Of a stretch of 64,000 nt of DNA, positions 38,814 to 49,942 are shown piece by piece. The notes below the pieces were generated by a model, which searched no databases, was not told the origin of the DNA, and was given only the letters and a program-made list of their open reading frames with translations. Positions within the stretch are counted from its first letter, which is position 1. The number at the start of each line of letters is the position of its first letter. The stretch comes from Candidatus Heimdallarchaeota archaeon (lineage in GTDB: Archaea > Asgardarchaeota > Heimdallarchaeia > Hodarchaeales > Hodarchaeaceae). The translations under genes and the position numbers were made by a program. The DNA is taken from the NCBI GenBank assembly GCA_011364965.1, contig RDOB01000004.1:32001-96000 (forward strand), written 5' to 3'.

Positions 38814-39902
38814 TTGGTTAATCTTTTGGTTGCTTCAGAAATAGCTAGAATACGTAGAGAGTATCTTGAACTTTTGGATCCTGATTCAACAGGAAAAATT
38901 TGGCATCGAATTGACGAAATGGAAGACAATATTGTAATTACGATGGTGATCCCATCTAGGGGATGTAGCTGGGCTTTGTCGGAAGCAGGAGGGTGTTCTG
39001 TGTGTGGGTATGTAAATGATTCATCTAGAGACAAAGAAATTCCTAAACAGAAAATATTGAGAGTATTGAATGAAGTTTTACATCAAATTCCGCAAAAAAA
39101 ATATGTAGAACTTAAAATTTTTAACTCAGGAAGTTTTTTTGACAATAAAGATTTACCAAAAGAATTTAGAGAGGAATTATTGAAAGTTATAACCGTTTCG
39201 GAAAAAATTTCTAAATTAACCGTTGAATGCAGACCTGAATTTGTTATACAAAACCTAAATGATATAAAAGCTGCTTGTAAATTAATAAAACAAATCAAAA
39301 TGGAAATTGGACTTGGATTAGAGAGCTCAAATAATTCGATTTTGGTGAATTGTTGGAATAAAGGAACAACTCTTGAAGAGTACACTGAAAGCGTTAAAAT
39401 CCTTCAATCTCTGAACATTAGGATAAAAACATATGTTTTTGTTAAACCTCCCTTTTTAAGCGAAGCAGAAGCAATAGAGGATACATTAACTACGATTCAG
39501 CAGGCAATTGCCTCAGGAACTGATGTGGTTTCGGTAAATCCTTGTGTAGTGCAAAATGGAACTCTAGTGAGTTTTCTCTATAAAAATGATAAATATCAGC
39601 CTCCATGGTTATGGAGTGTTCTAGAAGTTATCAAAAAAACTCGTGAGAATTTTCCGGAATTGGAATTGATTTGCGATCCTACAGCTGGAGGTAAACCTCG
39701 AGGAGCTCACAACTGTGGAAAATGCGATAAAGAAGTACTCAATAGAATAAAAAAAATAGTTCAAGGAGAAAAAATGACGGAATTTGACATAAATATCTGT
39801 TCTTGTTATAAAACATGGAAATTCTTAGTCGAATCACCAGTAGAGATGATTAGGATTAGAAATCTTTCAAAATTGCGTAAACTCAATCCATTAATGGAGT
39901 GA
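38814..39902 (+). CDS. raSEA: Archaeosine biosynthesis radical SAM protein RaSEA
   Basis: RGCSWALSEAGGCSVCGY, KIFNSGSFFD, ECRPEF, KPPFLSE, RGAHNCGKC; directly after arcS. Confidence 0.9.
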   Translation: MVNLLVASEIARIRREYLELLDPDSTGKIWHRIDEMEDNIVITMVIPSRGCSWALSEAGGCSVCGYVNDSSRDKEIPKQKILRVLNEVLHQIPQKKYVELKIFNSGSFFDNKDLPKEFREELLKVITVSEKISKLTVECRPEFVIQNLNDIKAACKLIKQIKMEIGLGLESSNNSILVNCWNKGTTLEEYTESVKILQSLNIRIKTYVFVKPPFLSEAEAIEDTLTTIQQAIASGTDVVSVNPCVVQNGTLVSFLYKNDKYQPPWLWSVLEVIKKTRENFPELELICDPTAGGKPRGAHNCGKCDKEVLNRIKKIVQGEKMTEFDINICSCYKTWKFLVESPVEMIRIRNLSKLRKLNPLME

Positions 39903-39919
39903 ATTATACTTAATTTTTC

Positions 39920-41086
39920 CTATGTTTTACGAATCGCTTGAATTGCTTTATATAATTCTCCATTTTTCCCAAAAATCTCTGATTCCTCATGTTTTTCTTT
40001 TAATTCCTCTAAATATTTCTTTGATAATTTATCAATTTTTTTAGGAAATCGAACATAGAATCCAACATGCATGTCTCCACGCCTATTACTATTTGGGATT
40101 GGAAAACCCTTATTTCGAAGAGTATGTATATACCCAGATTCAGTACCAGGTTTAATGGAAATGGTTTCATTTCCATCAATCGTCGGAACTATTAATTTTG
40201 TCCCCAATATAGCGTCAGTATAACTAATTGGGTATTCTAATAGAATATCTGAACCATTTCTTTGAAAGAATGGATGAGAGGCAACATTAATGGCAAGAAG
40301 TAAATCACCTGATGGACCACCTAGTTCTCCAGGGCGTCCTTCTCCTCGAAGTACTACATGCATACCTGAATCGACTCCTGCGGGAATATCAGCTTCTACA
40401 GTACGAAATTGCTTCACCTTTCCCAATCCATCACACACTTCACATGCTGCTCCCCGGGGTAATGATTTTCCTTCACCATTACAGCGGGGGCAAGTCGTTA
40501 TATTAACAATTTGACCGAAAGCAGACCTTTGCACCTGACGAAGTTCCCCCGTTCCCTGACAGTAACCACATTCGTCTAATGATTTACCGGGTTTTACTCG
40601 TGAACCGTGACAAGTAGGACACTGAGCCCAATTAGGAACTTTTATCTTCTTTTTTAAACCATGAACCGCTTCATCGAAAGAAAGATCAAGATTTAATCTT
40701 ACATCTTGACCTCGCCTTGCTCGTGGACGAGAAGAACGGGAACGAGACCCTCTTCCTCCAAAAGCGCTGAATAAATCTTCAAAAATTCCAAGGCCACTAA
40801 AAAGATCATCAAGCCCCATACCAGAGAAATCATGAAATGAAGCTCCATTCAGACCAGAATGGCCAAACTGATCATATCTAGCACGTTTTTCGCTATCAGA
40901 TAAAACTTCGAATGCTTCTGCTATCTCTTTGAATTTTTCTTCCGCATTTGGATCATCAGGTTTCATATCTGGGTGATATTTCCGTGCTAGGCTACGAAAG
41001 GCCTTTTTTATCTCTTTTAAATCAGCAGATTTTGAGATACCCAGAACTTCATAGTAATCGCGTTTCTTTTGGCTCAGAATAATCAC
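39920..41086 (-). CDS. dnaJ: Chaperone DnaJ
   Basis: [11 protein letters not shown] motif, four CxxCxGxG-type repeats, GDL. Confidence 0.96.
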   Translation of the reverse strand: MIILSQKKRDYYEVLGISKSADLKEIKKAFRSLARKYHPDMKPDDPNAEEKFKEIAEAFEVLSDSEKRARYDQFGHSGLNGASFHDFSGMGLDDLFSGLGIFEDLFSAFGGRGSRSRSSRPRARRGQDVRLNLDLSFDEAVHGLKKKIKVPNWAQCPTCHGSRVKPGKSLDECGYCQGTGELRQVQRSAFGQIVNITTCPRCNGEGKSLPRGAACEVCDGLGKVKQFRTVEADIPAGVDSGMHVVLRGEGRPGELGGPSGDLLLAINVASHPFFQRNGSDILLEYPISYTDAILGTKLIVPTIDGNETISIKPGTESGYIHTLRNKGFPIPNSNRRGDMHVGFYVRFPKKIDKLSKKYLEELKEKHEESEIFGKNGELYKAIQAIRKT

Positions 41087-41109
41087 CCAGATTTGGATCG
41101 ATCAGGAAT

Positions 41110-42969
41110 CTAATCATCATCTACAATTTCGTAGTCGACATCCACAACTTCGGACTCCTCAGTTCCAGGTGTTCCTGCTTGAAAACCTGGACCTCCAGGT
41201 GCGCCTTGGAAACCTCCTGTCGGACCAGATTGTTGAGCTTGAGAAGCGTATAGTTTCTGAGCAAGCTCATGAGTGATTTTCTCAAGTTCCTCAGTCTTCT
41301 TATTTATCTCATCAACAGAACCAGTTGATAATATACCCTTTAGGGATTTAATCAAATTCTCTGCTTTTGATTTAGTTCCTGCATCAACTTGATTTCCAAG
41401 ATCTTTGATCATTTTCTCTGTTTGATAAATCAAGGAATCTGCTTTATTACGAGCCTCAGCTTCAGCAAGCCGTTTTGAATCTTCATTTTCGTATTGTTTT
41501 GCTTCATCGACCATTCTCTGGAAATCTTTCGCTGATAACCCACTATCACTTTTAATTGTTATTTTCTGCTCATTTCCTGTACCTAAATCTTTTGCAGAGA
41601 CATTAACTATACCATTTGCATCAATATCAAATGTAACTTCAATCTGAGGAACCCCACGAGGAGCAGGAGGGATTCCCACTAGTTGAAAACGTCCCAAGGT
41701 GATATTACCAGCAGCCATTTTTCTTTCACCTTGTAAAACATGTATTTCGACTGAGGGTTGGTTATCTGCTGCAGTAGAAAATATCTGGCTCTTTTTAGTT
41801 GGAATTGTAGTATTTCTTTCAATTAACCTAGTAAAAACTTGTCCCAATGTTTCAATACCCAAGGAAAGAGGGGTTACATCAAGTAATAGAACATCCTTTA
41901 CTTCCCCCATTAAAATTGCTGCTTGAACTGCAGCTCCAAGAGCAACACATTCATCGGGATTAATTTCCTTTGTCGGTTCTTTTCCGAAGTAGCTTCTAAG
42001 AGCTGATTGTACTGCAGGAATACGAGTTGACCCTCCAACAAGTAATATTTTATCAATATCTGATGGTTGTAGCTTAGCATCGGCCATTGCTTGACGCGTT
42101 GGACCCATAGCTGCCTCAATTAGGTCAGCAATCATTATTTCAAACTTTGATCTTGTCAATGTAAGATTCAAATGCTTCGGACCAGTTTGATCTGCGAAAA
42201 TATAGGGCAAATTAATTTCAGCAGATGTTTTTTGAGAGAGTTCAATTTTTGCTTGTTCAGCTGCATCTTTCAAACGTTGCATAGCACTAGGATCTTTTGA
42301 TAAATCTAACCCTGAACTTTTCTTGAATTCTTCAATCATCCAGTCCATGATTCTTTGATCAATATCATCGCCTCCTAACCGATTATTTCCAGAAGTTGCT
42401 TTCACTTCGAAAACACCCTCAGATAGCTCTAGAATTGAAACATCAAAGGTACCTCCACCGAGATCAAACACTAAAATCGTATCTTCTTCTTCTTTATCCA
42501 ATCCATATGCCAAGGATGCACTAGTGGGTTCATTAATAATTCGTAATACATCCAATCCAGCAATTCGACCTGCATCTTTCGTTGCTTGCCTTTGAGCATC
42601 TGAAAAATAAGCAGGAACTGTCACCACTGCTTGTTTTATTGGTTCACCTAGATACGCCTCAGCATCCCTTTTAAGCTTCTGAAGTATCATTGCGCTGATT
42701 TCAGGGGGTTTGTACACTTTTCCATCGATAGTGACGGTGTAATTTGTACCCATCTCTCTTTTTATTGATCGAATAGTCCTCTCAGGGTTAGAGATAGCTT
42801 GGCGTTTTGCTAAAATCCCAACTACTCTTTCTCCTTCCTTTGTGATAGTAACAACGGAAGGAGTGATTCTTTGTCCTTCTGCATTAGGAATAATTACTGG
42901 TTTTCCACCTTCCATCATTGCGATGGCAGAAAATGTTGTTCCTAGATCTATACCAATTGCTCTAGCCAT
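41110..42969 (-). CDS. dnaK: Chaperone DnaK (Hsp70)
   Basis: [30 protein letters not shown]; GTG 42978 lies within a GGTGA RBS, so ATG 42969 preferred. Confidence 0.98.
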   Translation of the reverse strand: MARAIGIDLGTTFSAIAMMEGGKPVIIPNAEGQRITPSVVTITKEGERVVGILAKRQAISNPERTIRSIKREMGTNYTVTIDGKVYKPPEISAMILQKLKRDAEAYLGEPIKQAVVTVPAYFSDAQRQATKDAGRIAGLDVLRIINEPTSASLAYGLDKEEEDTILVFDLGGGTFDVSILELSEGVFEVKATSGNNRLGGDDIDQRIMDWMIEEFKKSSGLDLSKDPSAMQRLKDAAEQAKIELSQKTSAEINLPYIFADQTGPKHLNLTLTRSKFEIMIADLIEAAMGPTRQAMADAKLQPSDIDKILLVGGSTRIPAVQSALRSYFGKEPTKEINPDECVALGAAVQAAILMGEVKDVLLLDVTPLSLGIETLGQVFTRLIERNTTIPTKKSQIFSTAADNQPSVEIHVLQGERKMAAGNITLGRFQLVGIPPAPRGVPQIEVTFDIDANGIVNVSAKDLGTGNEQKITIKSDSGLSAKDFQRMVDEAKQYENEDSKRLAEAEARNKADSLIYQTEKMIKDLGNQVDAGTKSKAENLIKSLKGILSTGSVDEINKKTEELEKITHELAQKLYASQAQQSGPTGGFQGAPGGPGFQAGTPGTEESEVVDVDYEIVDDD

Positions 42970-42979
42970 AATAATCACC

Positions 42980-43624
42980 TTATTCTTTTTTCGCTATAAC
43001 CACTTTTGTTGGTCTTAGTAATTCATCATTTAACATGTATCCAGCCTGAACTTCTTCAATAATTATATCTTCATCTACATTATCGTCTTTTTTTGTATAT
43101 ACAGCTTCATGGTAGTTGGGATCAAATGGTTTCCCCACTGCATTGATTCTTGTAACTCCTTCATTTTTTAATATAGAATCAAAGTGGGTAAAAACCGCTT
43201 TAAATCCATCAACCAATATTTTTTCCTCTGTGGTAGATACAGAGAAAAGAGTAGCATTCGCTCTTTCAAAACTATCTGCCAAATCTATAAGTTTTAGTAA
43301 AAGCTTACGATTCCCTTGTTTCGTTAATCTAGAGAATTCATTTCTATTCCGTTTTTCCAAATTTTCATAATCGGCCAAAGCACGCAAATATCTATCATAT
43401 AATTTAGTATATTCAGTCTCTTTTTCCTCTAGTTTTTCATAAAGCTGTTTTATTTCTTTTAAAGCTTCATTTTCCGAAGATAATGTTGTTTTAGAAGCTA
43501 TTTCATCTTTACCTTTAGATTTGGATGTTTGATCTATTTTCTCAGCTTCTTCGATTTGATAATCGATATCAACGACTTCTGGTTCGCTATTACTTTTTTC
43601 ACGTTTCTGAGCCATTAGAATCAT
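42980..43624 (-). CDS. grpE: Nucleotide exchange factor GrpE
   Basis: [40 protein letters not shown]. Confidence 0.95.
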   Translation of the reverse strand: MILMAQKREKSNSEPEVVDIDYQIEEAEKIDQTSKSKGKDEIASKTTLSSENEALKEIKQLYEKLEEKETEYTKLYDRYLRALADYENLEKRNRNEFSRLTKQGNRKLLLKLIDLADSFERANATLFSVSTTEEKILVDGFKAVFTHFDSILKNEGVTRINAVGKPFDPNYHEAVYTKKDDNVDEDIIIEEVQAGYMLNDELLRPTKVVIAKKE

Positions 43625-43625
43625 C

Positions 43626-44363
43626 TCATTTGGTATTTGCGTTCATCGCTGCCTCAAGTTTAGTCATCAGATTTTTTCCTTGTTCAGGTAATAGATTTCT
43701 ATCTTGGAGTCGTTTTAAGGATTCTAAGAGATCTGTACGTCTGGTTTTAATTTCTTTCTCTATCAAATCGACAGTGATAGGTGAAGAGCTTGAATAAATA
43801 GTATATGCAAGCTCTCGATCCTTTCGATGCGCATCCCCGTCCAATTTCATGGAAATAGTTTCATTCAGTTCTCCAGTAATAGACAATTTCCGACTCAAAA
43901 GCATAGTTTCTATTGATTCTAGATGAGTAAGAACTTCATCAAGTTGTTGTATTTTTTGAGCAAAATCCACATCCTTATCTTCAAGAGCTTTCCCTATACT
44001 TAAGGCAAGATCTTGAATTAACAATTCTACAGGATTTTTAGGATTTTTAACGTTAGTTTCCTGATCATCAAGGTTAATTTCAAAAACATCGAAACTAAAT
44101 GCATGCTGACTTAAGGTTACCCGAACAGAAATATTTTTTGATATACTGTAGAGTTTTCTTGCTGGACCTTTAGGACCTGCTTTCCAGTCGTAAGTGATCC
44201 ATCCTTTCTCTAGTAAACATTGGAGATGCCTCTGAAGAGATTGTTGAGATAACTCGATCTCTTGTGAAAGCTGAAAGAGATATTTTGGCTCTTGAGCAAT
44301 AGATCGTAGCAGTGTACGTCGAGTATCATTACTCATTAGCTCAAAAAACTCATTTTCATTCAC
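43626..44363 (-). CDS. ArsR-family (Phr-like) transcription regulator heading the dnaK operon
   Basis: MSNDTRRTLL...LSQQSLQRHLQCLLEKG...GPARKLYSI. Confidence 0.8.
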   Translation of the reverse strand: MNENEFFELMSNDTRRTLLRSIAQEPKYLFQLSQEIELSQQSLQRHLQCLLEKGWITYDWKAGPKGPARKLYSISKNISVRVTLSQHAFSFDVFEINLDDQETNVKNPKNPVELLIQDLALSIGKALEDKDVDFAQKIQQLDEVLTHLESIETMLLSRKLSITGELNETISMKLDGDAHRKDRELAYTIYSSSSPITVDLIEKEIKTRRTDLLESLKRLQDRNLLPEQGKNLMTKLEAAMNANTK

Positions 44364-44445
44364 GAGAAGGCACTTCTCCCTTGTAAATTAGATTAGGTAT
44401 CTATTTGAGGAAAAAAAAGACATCAGTTTTATAGCTTACTAGTAA

Positions 44446-44467
44446 TTAAGCTGAGTACTCAGCTTAA
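44446..44467. promoter_or_regulatory. 22-bp perfect palindrome upstream of the heat-shock operon promoter
   Basis: TTAAGCTGAGTACTCAGCTTAA; a TATAAAA box on the minus strand lies at about 44427-44433. Confidence 0.55.
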
Positions 44468-44511
44468 ATGTTAATTAATACATTCATGCTGGAAATTATA
44501 CGAAAAAAAAA

Positions 44512-45468
44512 CTATTCCTCTTCGTCTAAGATCATCTCAGAACCCAAAAAGTCAGGATTTTGAGTCATCATGATCCGCATTTCTTCGATTGATAATGTTT
44601 TCTTTTTCTTTTGACTTAATTTCTCTTTGATAATTGCGCTCTGTTCTTCTATCATTTCAGCAGTGGCACGGTCTCGCTGAATCTGTACTTTTTCTTTTTG
44701 AATTCGACTCTGTTCCTTAAAAATGCCTGATTTTTCGCGAAGGGATTTGTTAATCCCTCTGAATTCTTCTCTTAATTGGCGAATTTCCTCTGCTTTTTCA
44801 ATGAACTCCTTGTGTCGTCTATCTGCCTCATCCTTGGCATGTTTTCCTGTTTCGTATAATTCAGTCAAATCTTGATGGAACTTTTGAGATTTTTCAACTA
44901 ATTCGGAGAAATCCTTCCAGGAATGATCAAGGAAACCCCGTAAATTATTAATTTCGCGGTTAAGTTCGCGTCGAGATTTCAATTTTTCCTCTGAAACAGA
45001 GATTTCTCCTAATTGATTCATCAAGGAATTCACTTGTTCAGTTATTTGTCTTTCTTCTGCAATTCCCATTGTCGGAGTGGTTTGAAGCTTCCAATCGAGA
45101 TTTTCTATTCGCTTTCGTATTTGGTGGGACTGACGAATTTCCTTTTCATCAATTTCAAGAGATTTAATTTCTTCATTTAAAGATTGGGCTTTTTGAATTG
45201 CTTCTTTCATCTCTTCCAAAACACTACGTCGAACCATTTTTAATTCTTGAATTGCACGGTTATTTTTGTCTCGTGCTTCTTTTAATTCTCTAACCTGCAC
45301 GAAATTTTCTGAAGCAACTTTATTCAATTCATCCCTTTCTGAACGACACTGGTTCCGTTCTTTCTCAAGTCGACGGAGTTGGACAAGCAACTCAGATTTG
45401 CGGTTCCGAAGTTGAACTATTTCATCTTTTAATGTCCTAAGATCATGAACCTCAAAGGCCTTCGCCAT
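44512..45468 (-). CDS. Archaeal coiled-coil protein (COG1340-like)
   Basis: ERDELN, RKRIENLDWKLQTTP...EERQI, KDEADRRH, KTLSIEEM. Confidence 0.75.
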   Translation of the reverse strand: MAKAFEVHDLRTLKDEIVQLRNRKSELLVQLRRLEKERNQCRSERDELNKVASENFVQVRELKEARDKNNRAIQELKMVRRSVLEEMKEAIQKAQSLNEEIKSLEIDEKEIRQSHQIRKRIENLDWKLQTTPTMGIAEERQITEQVNSLMNQLGEISVSEEKLKSRRELNREINNLRGFLDHSWKDFSELVEKSQKFHQDLTELYETGKHAKDEADRRHKEFIEKAEEIRQLREEFRGINKSLREKSGIFKEQSRIQKEKVQIQRDRATAEMIEEQSAIIKEKLSQKKKKTLSIEEMRIMMTQNPDFLGSEMILDEEE

Positions 45469-45674
45469 ATATTACACCTTTAGGAATTAAACCCTCATCA
45501 CTCTATATAGGTATGAGAGGAGTGTTAAAAAAACCCATCTAATTGCGTACTAAGAAAAAAAGCCTCAATTTATATTTTCTTTGATAATTATTATTCGTAG
45601 GAAGATGCAATATTTCTAGATGCAGTCAAGAAAATTCTTGAAAGCTTAGTCTAGGTGGTATAATTAGGACAAAA

Positions 45675-46394
45675 ATGAAAATAAACAGATCAGCAGTCAT
45701 CTTTGACCTTGATGGGACGTTAATTGACTCCATGAGAAATTTCTATTTAATGGTTCAAGAAGGTTTAGAAAAAAGAGGAATAAATACCAAAGAAAAACTA
45801 ACATCTGACCTCGGTACAGAATTAATTAAAGATTCAGAGGCAAATCAAGCAAAAAGACCAGGTATAACTTTAATTCCAAGGCTATTTTGGAAAGTAGGAC
45901 GTAAAACAGGCCTTTCTTGGATCAAAACCATCTTATTTACTTTTGAATGTGTTCGAAAAGCACGCAAAGTGTACTATGAGGCTCCTCTTTTTCCAGATAC
46001 AATCGAATCATTGAAGAAGTTGAAAGAAGCAGGATATGAGCTAGGGATTTATACTATGGCCTCTCGAAAGCAAACAAATGTGACAATGGAAAAATATAAT
46101 TTATTTGAGTACTTTGATTCTTCAGCGATTATCTCCAGAGACGATGTTTCTTACATAAAACCTCATCCTGAGGGAGTCATTCTTGCACTTAAAGGATGTT
46201 CTGTTGATCCTGAAAATGGAATCTATATAGGGGACCTACCTGCAGACATTGCATCAGGGGAAAGAGCAGGTACAAAAACTATTGCACTAACCACTGGTTT
46301 AGTGGATTATAAAACATTTACCCAAGTAAGTAATCCTTCCATTATTCTCAATTCTCTTCAAGAGGCATCAGAATGGATCCTAAATGAGGGATGA
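45675..46394 (+). CDS. HAD-family hydrolase (phosphoglycolate phosphatase-like)
   Basis: FDLDGTLIDS, KPHPE, YIGDLPADI. Confidence 0.9.
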   Translation: MKINRSAVIFDLDGTLIDSMRNFYLMVQEGLEKRGINTKEKLTSDLGTELIKDSEANQAKRPGITLIPRLFWKVGRKTGLSWIKTILFTFECVRKARKVYYEAPLFPDTIESLKKLKEAGYELGIYTMASRKQTNVTMEKYNLFEYFDSSAIISRDDVSYIKPHPEGVILALKGCSVDPENGIYIGDLPADIASGERAGTKTIALTTGLVDYKTFTQVSNPSIILNSLQEASEWILNEG

Positions 46395-46534
46395 TTCATT
46401 TTACATTAATAGAATATACTTCAGACCACCGAAGAATAATTATTTCTGTACGGGTTTTTTCAAAAATGATTCATTTGCCTTCAAAAAATGCTCATTTCAT
46501 TTTAGAGGCAGAATATGACTAAGAGGTATGAAAA

Positions 46535-47584
46535 ATGACTAATTCTTCCTTGGAAAAAGTATTTGCTCACATGAGTAAACTAGGAAAGACCGTTGAAGAA
46601 AAAATGATCCAATTTTTACTAAAAGATATTCATCCAAATTTTGCGGAGTTAATTACATGGCAAACAAAAACAGGTGGAAAGAGACTACGACCAGCATTAA
46701 CAATTCTTTTTGCCCAAGCTTGTGGATCAGATGAAAATGATCCAGAAACATTAGCTGCTGCTGCAGGAATAGAACTTATACATACTTACTCCCTCATATT
46801 GGATGATATTATTGACCGAGGAGATATTAGAAGGGGGAAATCAACCACAAGAGCAAAGTATGGAGATGAGTTTGCAATTTTAAGCGCAATTATCCATCGA
46901 GAAGCTGTATATGAGGCAGCTAGAGCAACAGGTAAATATCTGGGGGATACCTTAGGGATTTATACAAATGCAATAAGACGGTTAACTGAAGGAGAACGTC
47001 TTGATATTCTCTTCGAACAGAAAGGAGAAAGAGAGAACGAATACTTTTTAACTCATCGATTTAAAGAAGTGGGTCTTAAAGATTATCGTAGAATGATTGC
47101 AGGTAAAACAGCCTCATTAATTGCAGCAGCATGCAAATTAGGAGCATTAGTGGGCGGTGCATCTTTGGAAGAGCAGGCCTGTGCTGAAAAATATGGTTGG
47201 TCAGCAGGAATCGCGTTTCAACTGGCTGATGATTATCTAGATATTTTTGCTGTCTCGGAGGAGTTTGGTAAAGAAGTTTATAAAGACATCATAGAACGAA
47301 AGTTAGGAAACTTTGTGATAGTAGAAGCTCTTAGACTTTTGGTACCTTCAGAAGCAAAAAAATTATCTGGATATATTACTGATGAAAATTTGAGCGATGA
47401 AGAAAGAATTGAGAAGTGCATTCCGTTAATAGATAAATCCAAAGCGAAAGAAGAGGTTATGAAAGAAGCAGAAAAATGGGCACAAAAAGCTATTATGACA
47501 CTAGAAACAGTAGAATTTAAAAACGAAGATATAAAAGATATGCTAGTAAGCATAGCTCAGTTCTCAGTCAGGCGTGCTTTCTAA
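46535..47584 (+). CDS. idsA: Polyprenyl synthetase (geranylgeranyl diphosphate synthase)
   Basis: GGKRLRP, DDIID...RRG, GKTA, FQLADDYLD. Confidence 0.9.
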   Translation: MTNSSLEKVFAHMSKLGKTVEEKMIQFLLKDIHPNFAELITWQTKTGGKRLRPALTILFAQACGSDENDPETLAAAAGIELIHTYSLILDDIIDRGDIRRGKSTTRAKYGDEFAILSAIIHREAVYEAARATGKYLGDTLGIYTNAIRRLTEGERLDILFEQKGERENEYFLTHRFKEVGLKDYRRMIAGKTASLIAAACKLGALVGGASLEEQACAEKYGWSAGIAFQLADDYLDIFAVSEEFGKEVYKDIIERKLGNFVIVEALRLLVPSEAKKLSGYITDENLSDEERIEKCIPLIDKSKAKEEVMKEAEKWAQKAIMTLETVEFKNEDIKDMLVSIAQFSVRRAF

Positions 47585-47621
47585 TGGGCAACCAAATTCC
47601 TCCCCTTTTCAATTCCTTAAA

Positions 47622-48215
47622 CTATCGCTCGCGCATTTCTTCTAGCGCTTTTAATTCCTCAAGACCTGATGGAAGTACTTCTTCTAATTCTTTAATTTTA
47701 GCTTTTAAAAATTCTATAGTTTGCTGATTCTCTTTTTGAGCTAGTTCTTTTCCGCACGTTGTGCAAATGAAACCCAATTCAAACGCATCTGAAAAAGTTA
47801 CTGGAGTATGACCTTCATCACAGACATACAGCAGATTCCGTTGCTCATAATCAAGTCTCTGACGAAGTTTCTTAAGTGAAAGCTTCCTGCGACTTATAAT
47901 TAGATCCCGAATTCGTTCCCAGATAGGTGACCAATAGTAAACAAAGTACCCAGTTTCTTTATCTCTAACCCGACGATATCTTGCCAAGGATCGTTCATTT
48001 AATTGATATAAAGACTTTCTGACCATTTTTAACGCGATTCTTGAAGATTCTTTTTCTTCAGCTTCATTTTCCTGAGGTTCTCCGAGATCAGCATTAAGAA
48101 TATTGACAATTTCTTCATCAATAATTTCTTTGTGGTCTAGTAGAGTATTGAGTACCCTTACAGTGATTTCATCTGTTAATTTCAAAATTATATCGTCAAT
48201 TTGAGGAAAACTCAT
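47622..48215 (-). CDS. tfe: Transcription factor E (TFE/TFIIE-alpha)
   Basis: VRKSLYQL...YRRVRDKETGYFVYYW; YVC..GH...F..CTTCG. Confidence 0.93.
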   Translation of the reverse strand: MSFPQIDDIILKLTDEITVRVLNTLLDHKEIIDEEIVNILNADLGEPQENEAEEKESSRIALKMVRKSLYQLNERSLARYRRVRDKETGYFVYYWSPIWERIRDLIISRRKLSLKKLRQRLDYEQRNLLYVCDEGHTPVTFSDAFELGFICTTCGKELAQKENQQTIEFLKAKIKELEEVLPSGLEELKALEEMRER

Positions 48216-48302
48216 GCTACATACCCAAAACTATCAAAAGTATCAGAATTACACAATTCTACATTAGTTTTTCTATACAAGAGGGTGAATTTGAGGTTAA
48301 AG

Positions 48303-48776
48303 TTAGAAATTTTCGAGCTCTTTTAACGCGGCCATGATCGATTGGGATTCTGGCTTTTTTATTTTTACTGCAGAGGGCTCTGATAGCTTATCCATTAGTG
48401 TAGATAGGGTGCCAGAGGTTTCTTTCATTCTAACTCTGATTAAACCAAGTTGGGCGTCACCTTCTGCAACCACAACTAGTACTCCTCTCTCTCCGCTTTG
48501 AGCTGTTAAAATTTTCCCATCTGTAAACTCAGCAAGCATCAATCCGAGTTCCCCTAATGTTAGCGCACTTCCTTGTTCTGCTGCTCCACAGAAAACGGCG
48601 GATGCTATGGCTCCTATGCTTTCAAGATCAAACGCACCCATAGTTTCAGAAACTAATAACCTAGAAGCTCGGGCGATAGTTAAACCGGTTCGATCTCCTA
48701 ATAAAGTAACTTTGATCGAGGTATCACTCTTCAAAAGTTTTGTCAGTTCTTTGTGAATTGCGTCTCTTTGTTGCAT
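48303..48776 (-). CDS. Roadblock/LC7 (MglB-like) protein
   Basis: TLLGDRTGLTIA, IGAIASAVF, EFTDGKIL, QLGLIR; ATG 48776 after GGTG preferred over track start 48791. Confidence 0.88.
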   Translation of the reverse strand: MQQRDAIHKELTKLLKSDTSIKVTLLGDRTGLTIARASRLLVSETMGAFDLESIGAIASAVFCGAAEQGSALTLGELGLMLAEFTDGKILTAQSGERGVLVVVAEGDAQLGLIRVRMKETSGTLSTLMDKLSEPSAVKIKKPESQSIMAALKELENF

Positions 48777-49035
48777 CGAATAAACACCCAAATCCGCATT
48801 ACTTAGTATTCGCTCTGCTACTTAAATGATTTTACCTTGTAATAGTTTAAGTAGTTTTTCAAATAGGGTCTCAACCTTATCCTCATTTTGAATTTTTTGT
48901 TTAGAAATTATTCCTCCAAAATTCTACTGTTAATCTATAAGGAATGATGATATAGATGCCAAGGAAGTACTTTAAACTTTCCCTTTTCAGACGGATTAAT
49001 TCTATAAATCGTTTTCCATTATTAATCTTTAATAA

Positions 49036-49752
49036 TTAAAGTACAATAATTACAATTACCAGTGCGATGACTGATCCTGCAAGTAATGCTAGCAATGTCC
49101 GATTTTGTGTTAACTTTCTTGAAATTTTGATTAGAGTTGCTTGAACATTCTTTAATTTATCATCTACTGCCGTGATTTTCGTATCAATTTTATCAATTTT
49201 AACTCCCTGTTCATCTAACCTTTGTGTTAATGTGGCTAGATTCTGGGAAATTTGTTGGATTTGATTATTCATCTGATCCATAGAGGTTAGGAATGAATTT
49301 TCTAGGATTTGTAATCTTTCTTCAAGTGTACCTACATTTTGAGAGGTGATAGCTTCCCCTGGATAAGCAATTTCATAGATCCGATTACCGAGATGAGTTT
49401 CTGGAGGACTAGCTTTTAGATCCATAGTTTCGATTGAACTTCCGATTCCACTCAACGTTTCTCTTAGATGACGCATTTTTTGTTTCGTAGTCAGAATTTC
49501 TTTTATTTTCTCATTTTGACGCTTAATTTGCACAGGTTGTAAGAATTTTGGCAAAGAAGAAGCAATTTTGGTAGAGAGGGATCTCTGTTTAATAACTTGG
49601 TCTGAATATCCAGAATGCATGTCATCAGCCATATCTTCCATTGTTTCCAATATTGTATCCAAATCCCCAATGAAATCCATGATCATTTCCTTTTCAGTTG
49701 GCTCAGATGGCTTTTTTAACCATTTTTCCAAACGCTTAGTTATCACAGACAT
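49036..49752 (-). CDS. Tail-anchored SNARE-like (Qc/syntaxin-6-like) coiled-coil protein
   Basis: Heptad segment centred on LDEQ (Q182), basic linker SRKLTQNR, single C-terminal TM with no luminal tail. Confidence 0.7.
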   Translation of the reverse strand: MSVITKRLEKWLKKPSEPTEKEMIMDFIGDLDTILETMEDMADDMHSGYSDQVIKQRSLSTKIASSLPKFLQPVQIKRQNEKIKEILTTKQKMRHLRETLSGIGSSIETMDLKASPPETHLGNRIYEIAYPGEAITSQNVGTLEERLQILENSFLTSMDQMNNQIQQISQNLATLTQRLDEQGVKIDKIDTKITAVDDKLKNVQATLIKISRKLTQNRTLLALLAGSVIALVIVIIVL

Positions 49753-49942
49753 ATTTCTTACCCGATCTTATGATTCAGTTTGCTGTATTCTATCTGTCCA
49801 TCTGCATTTTTTAAGATATGCTAAACTGCCCTCTTTTCTATTTTTAGCTGTTATTTCCATTAAATGAATTAATACCAAAATTTTGATATTTAAAGAAAAT
49901 GAAAGATAGGAAAAATATAATTTTTTATAGGAATGACTCTAC

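Noticed and set aside
44512-45468. ESCRT-III/SMC-like or SNARE identity for the long coiled coil
   Set aside because: Motifs fit the widespread archaeal COG1340-type coiled-coil protein; no TM and no ATPase motifs
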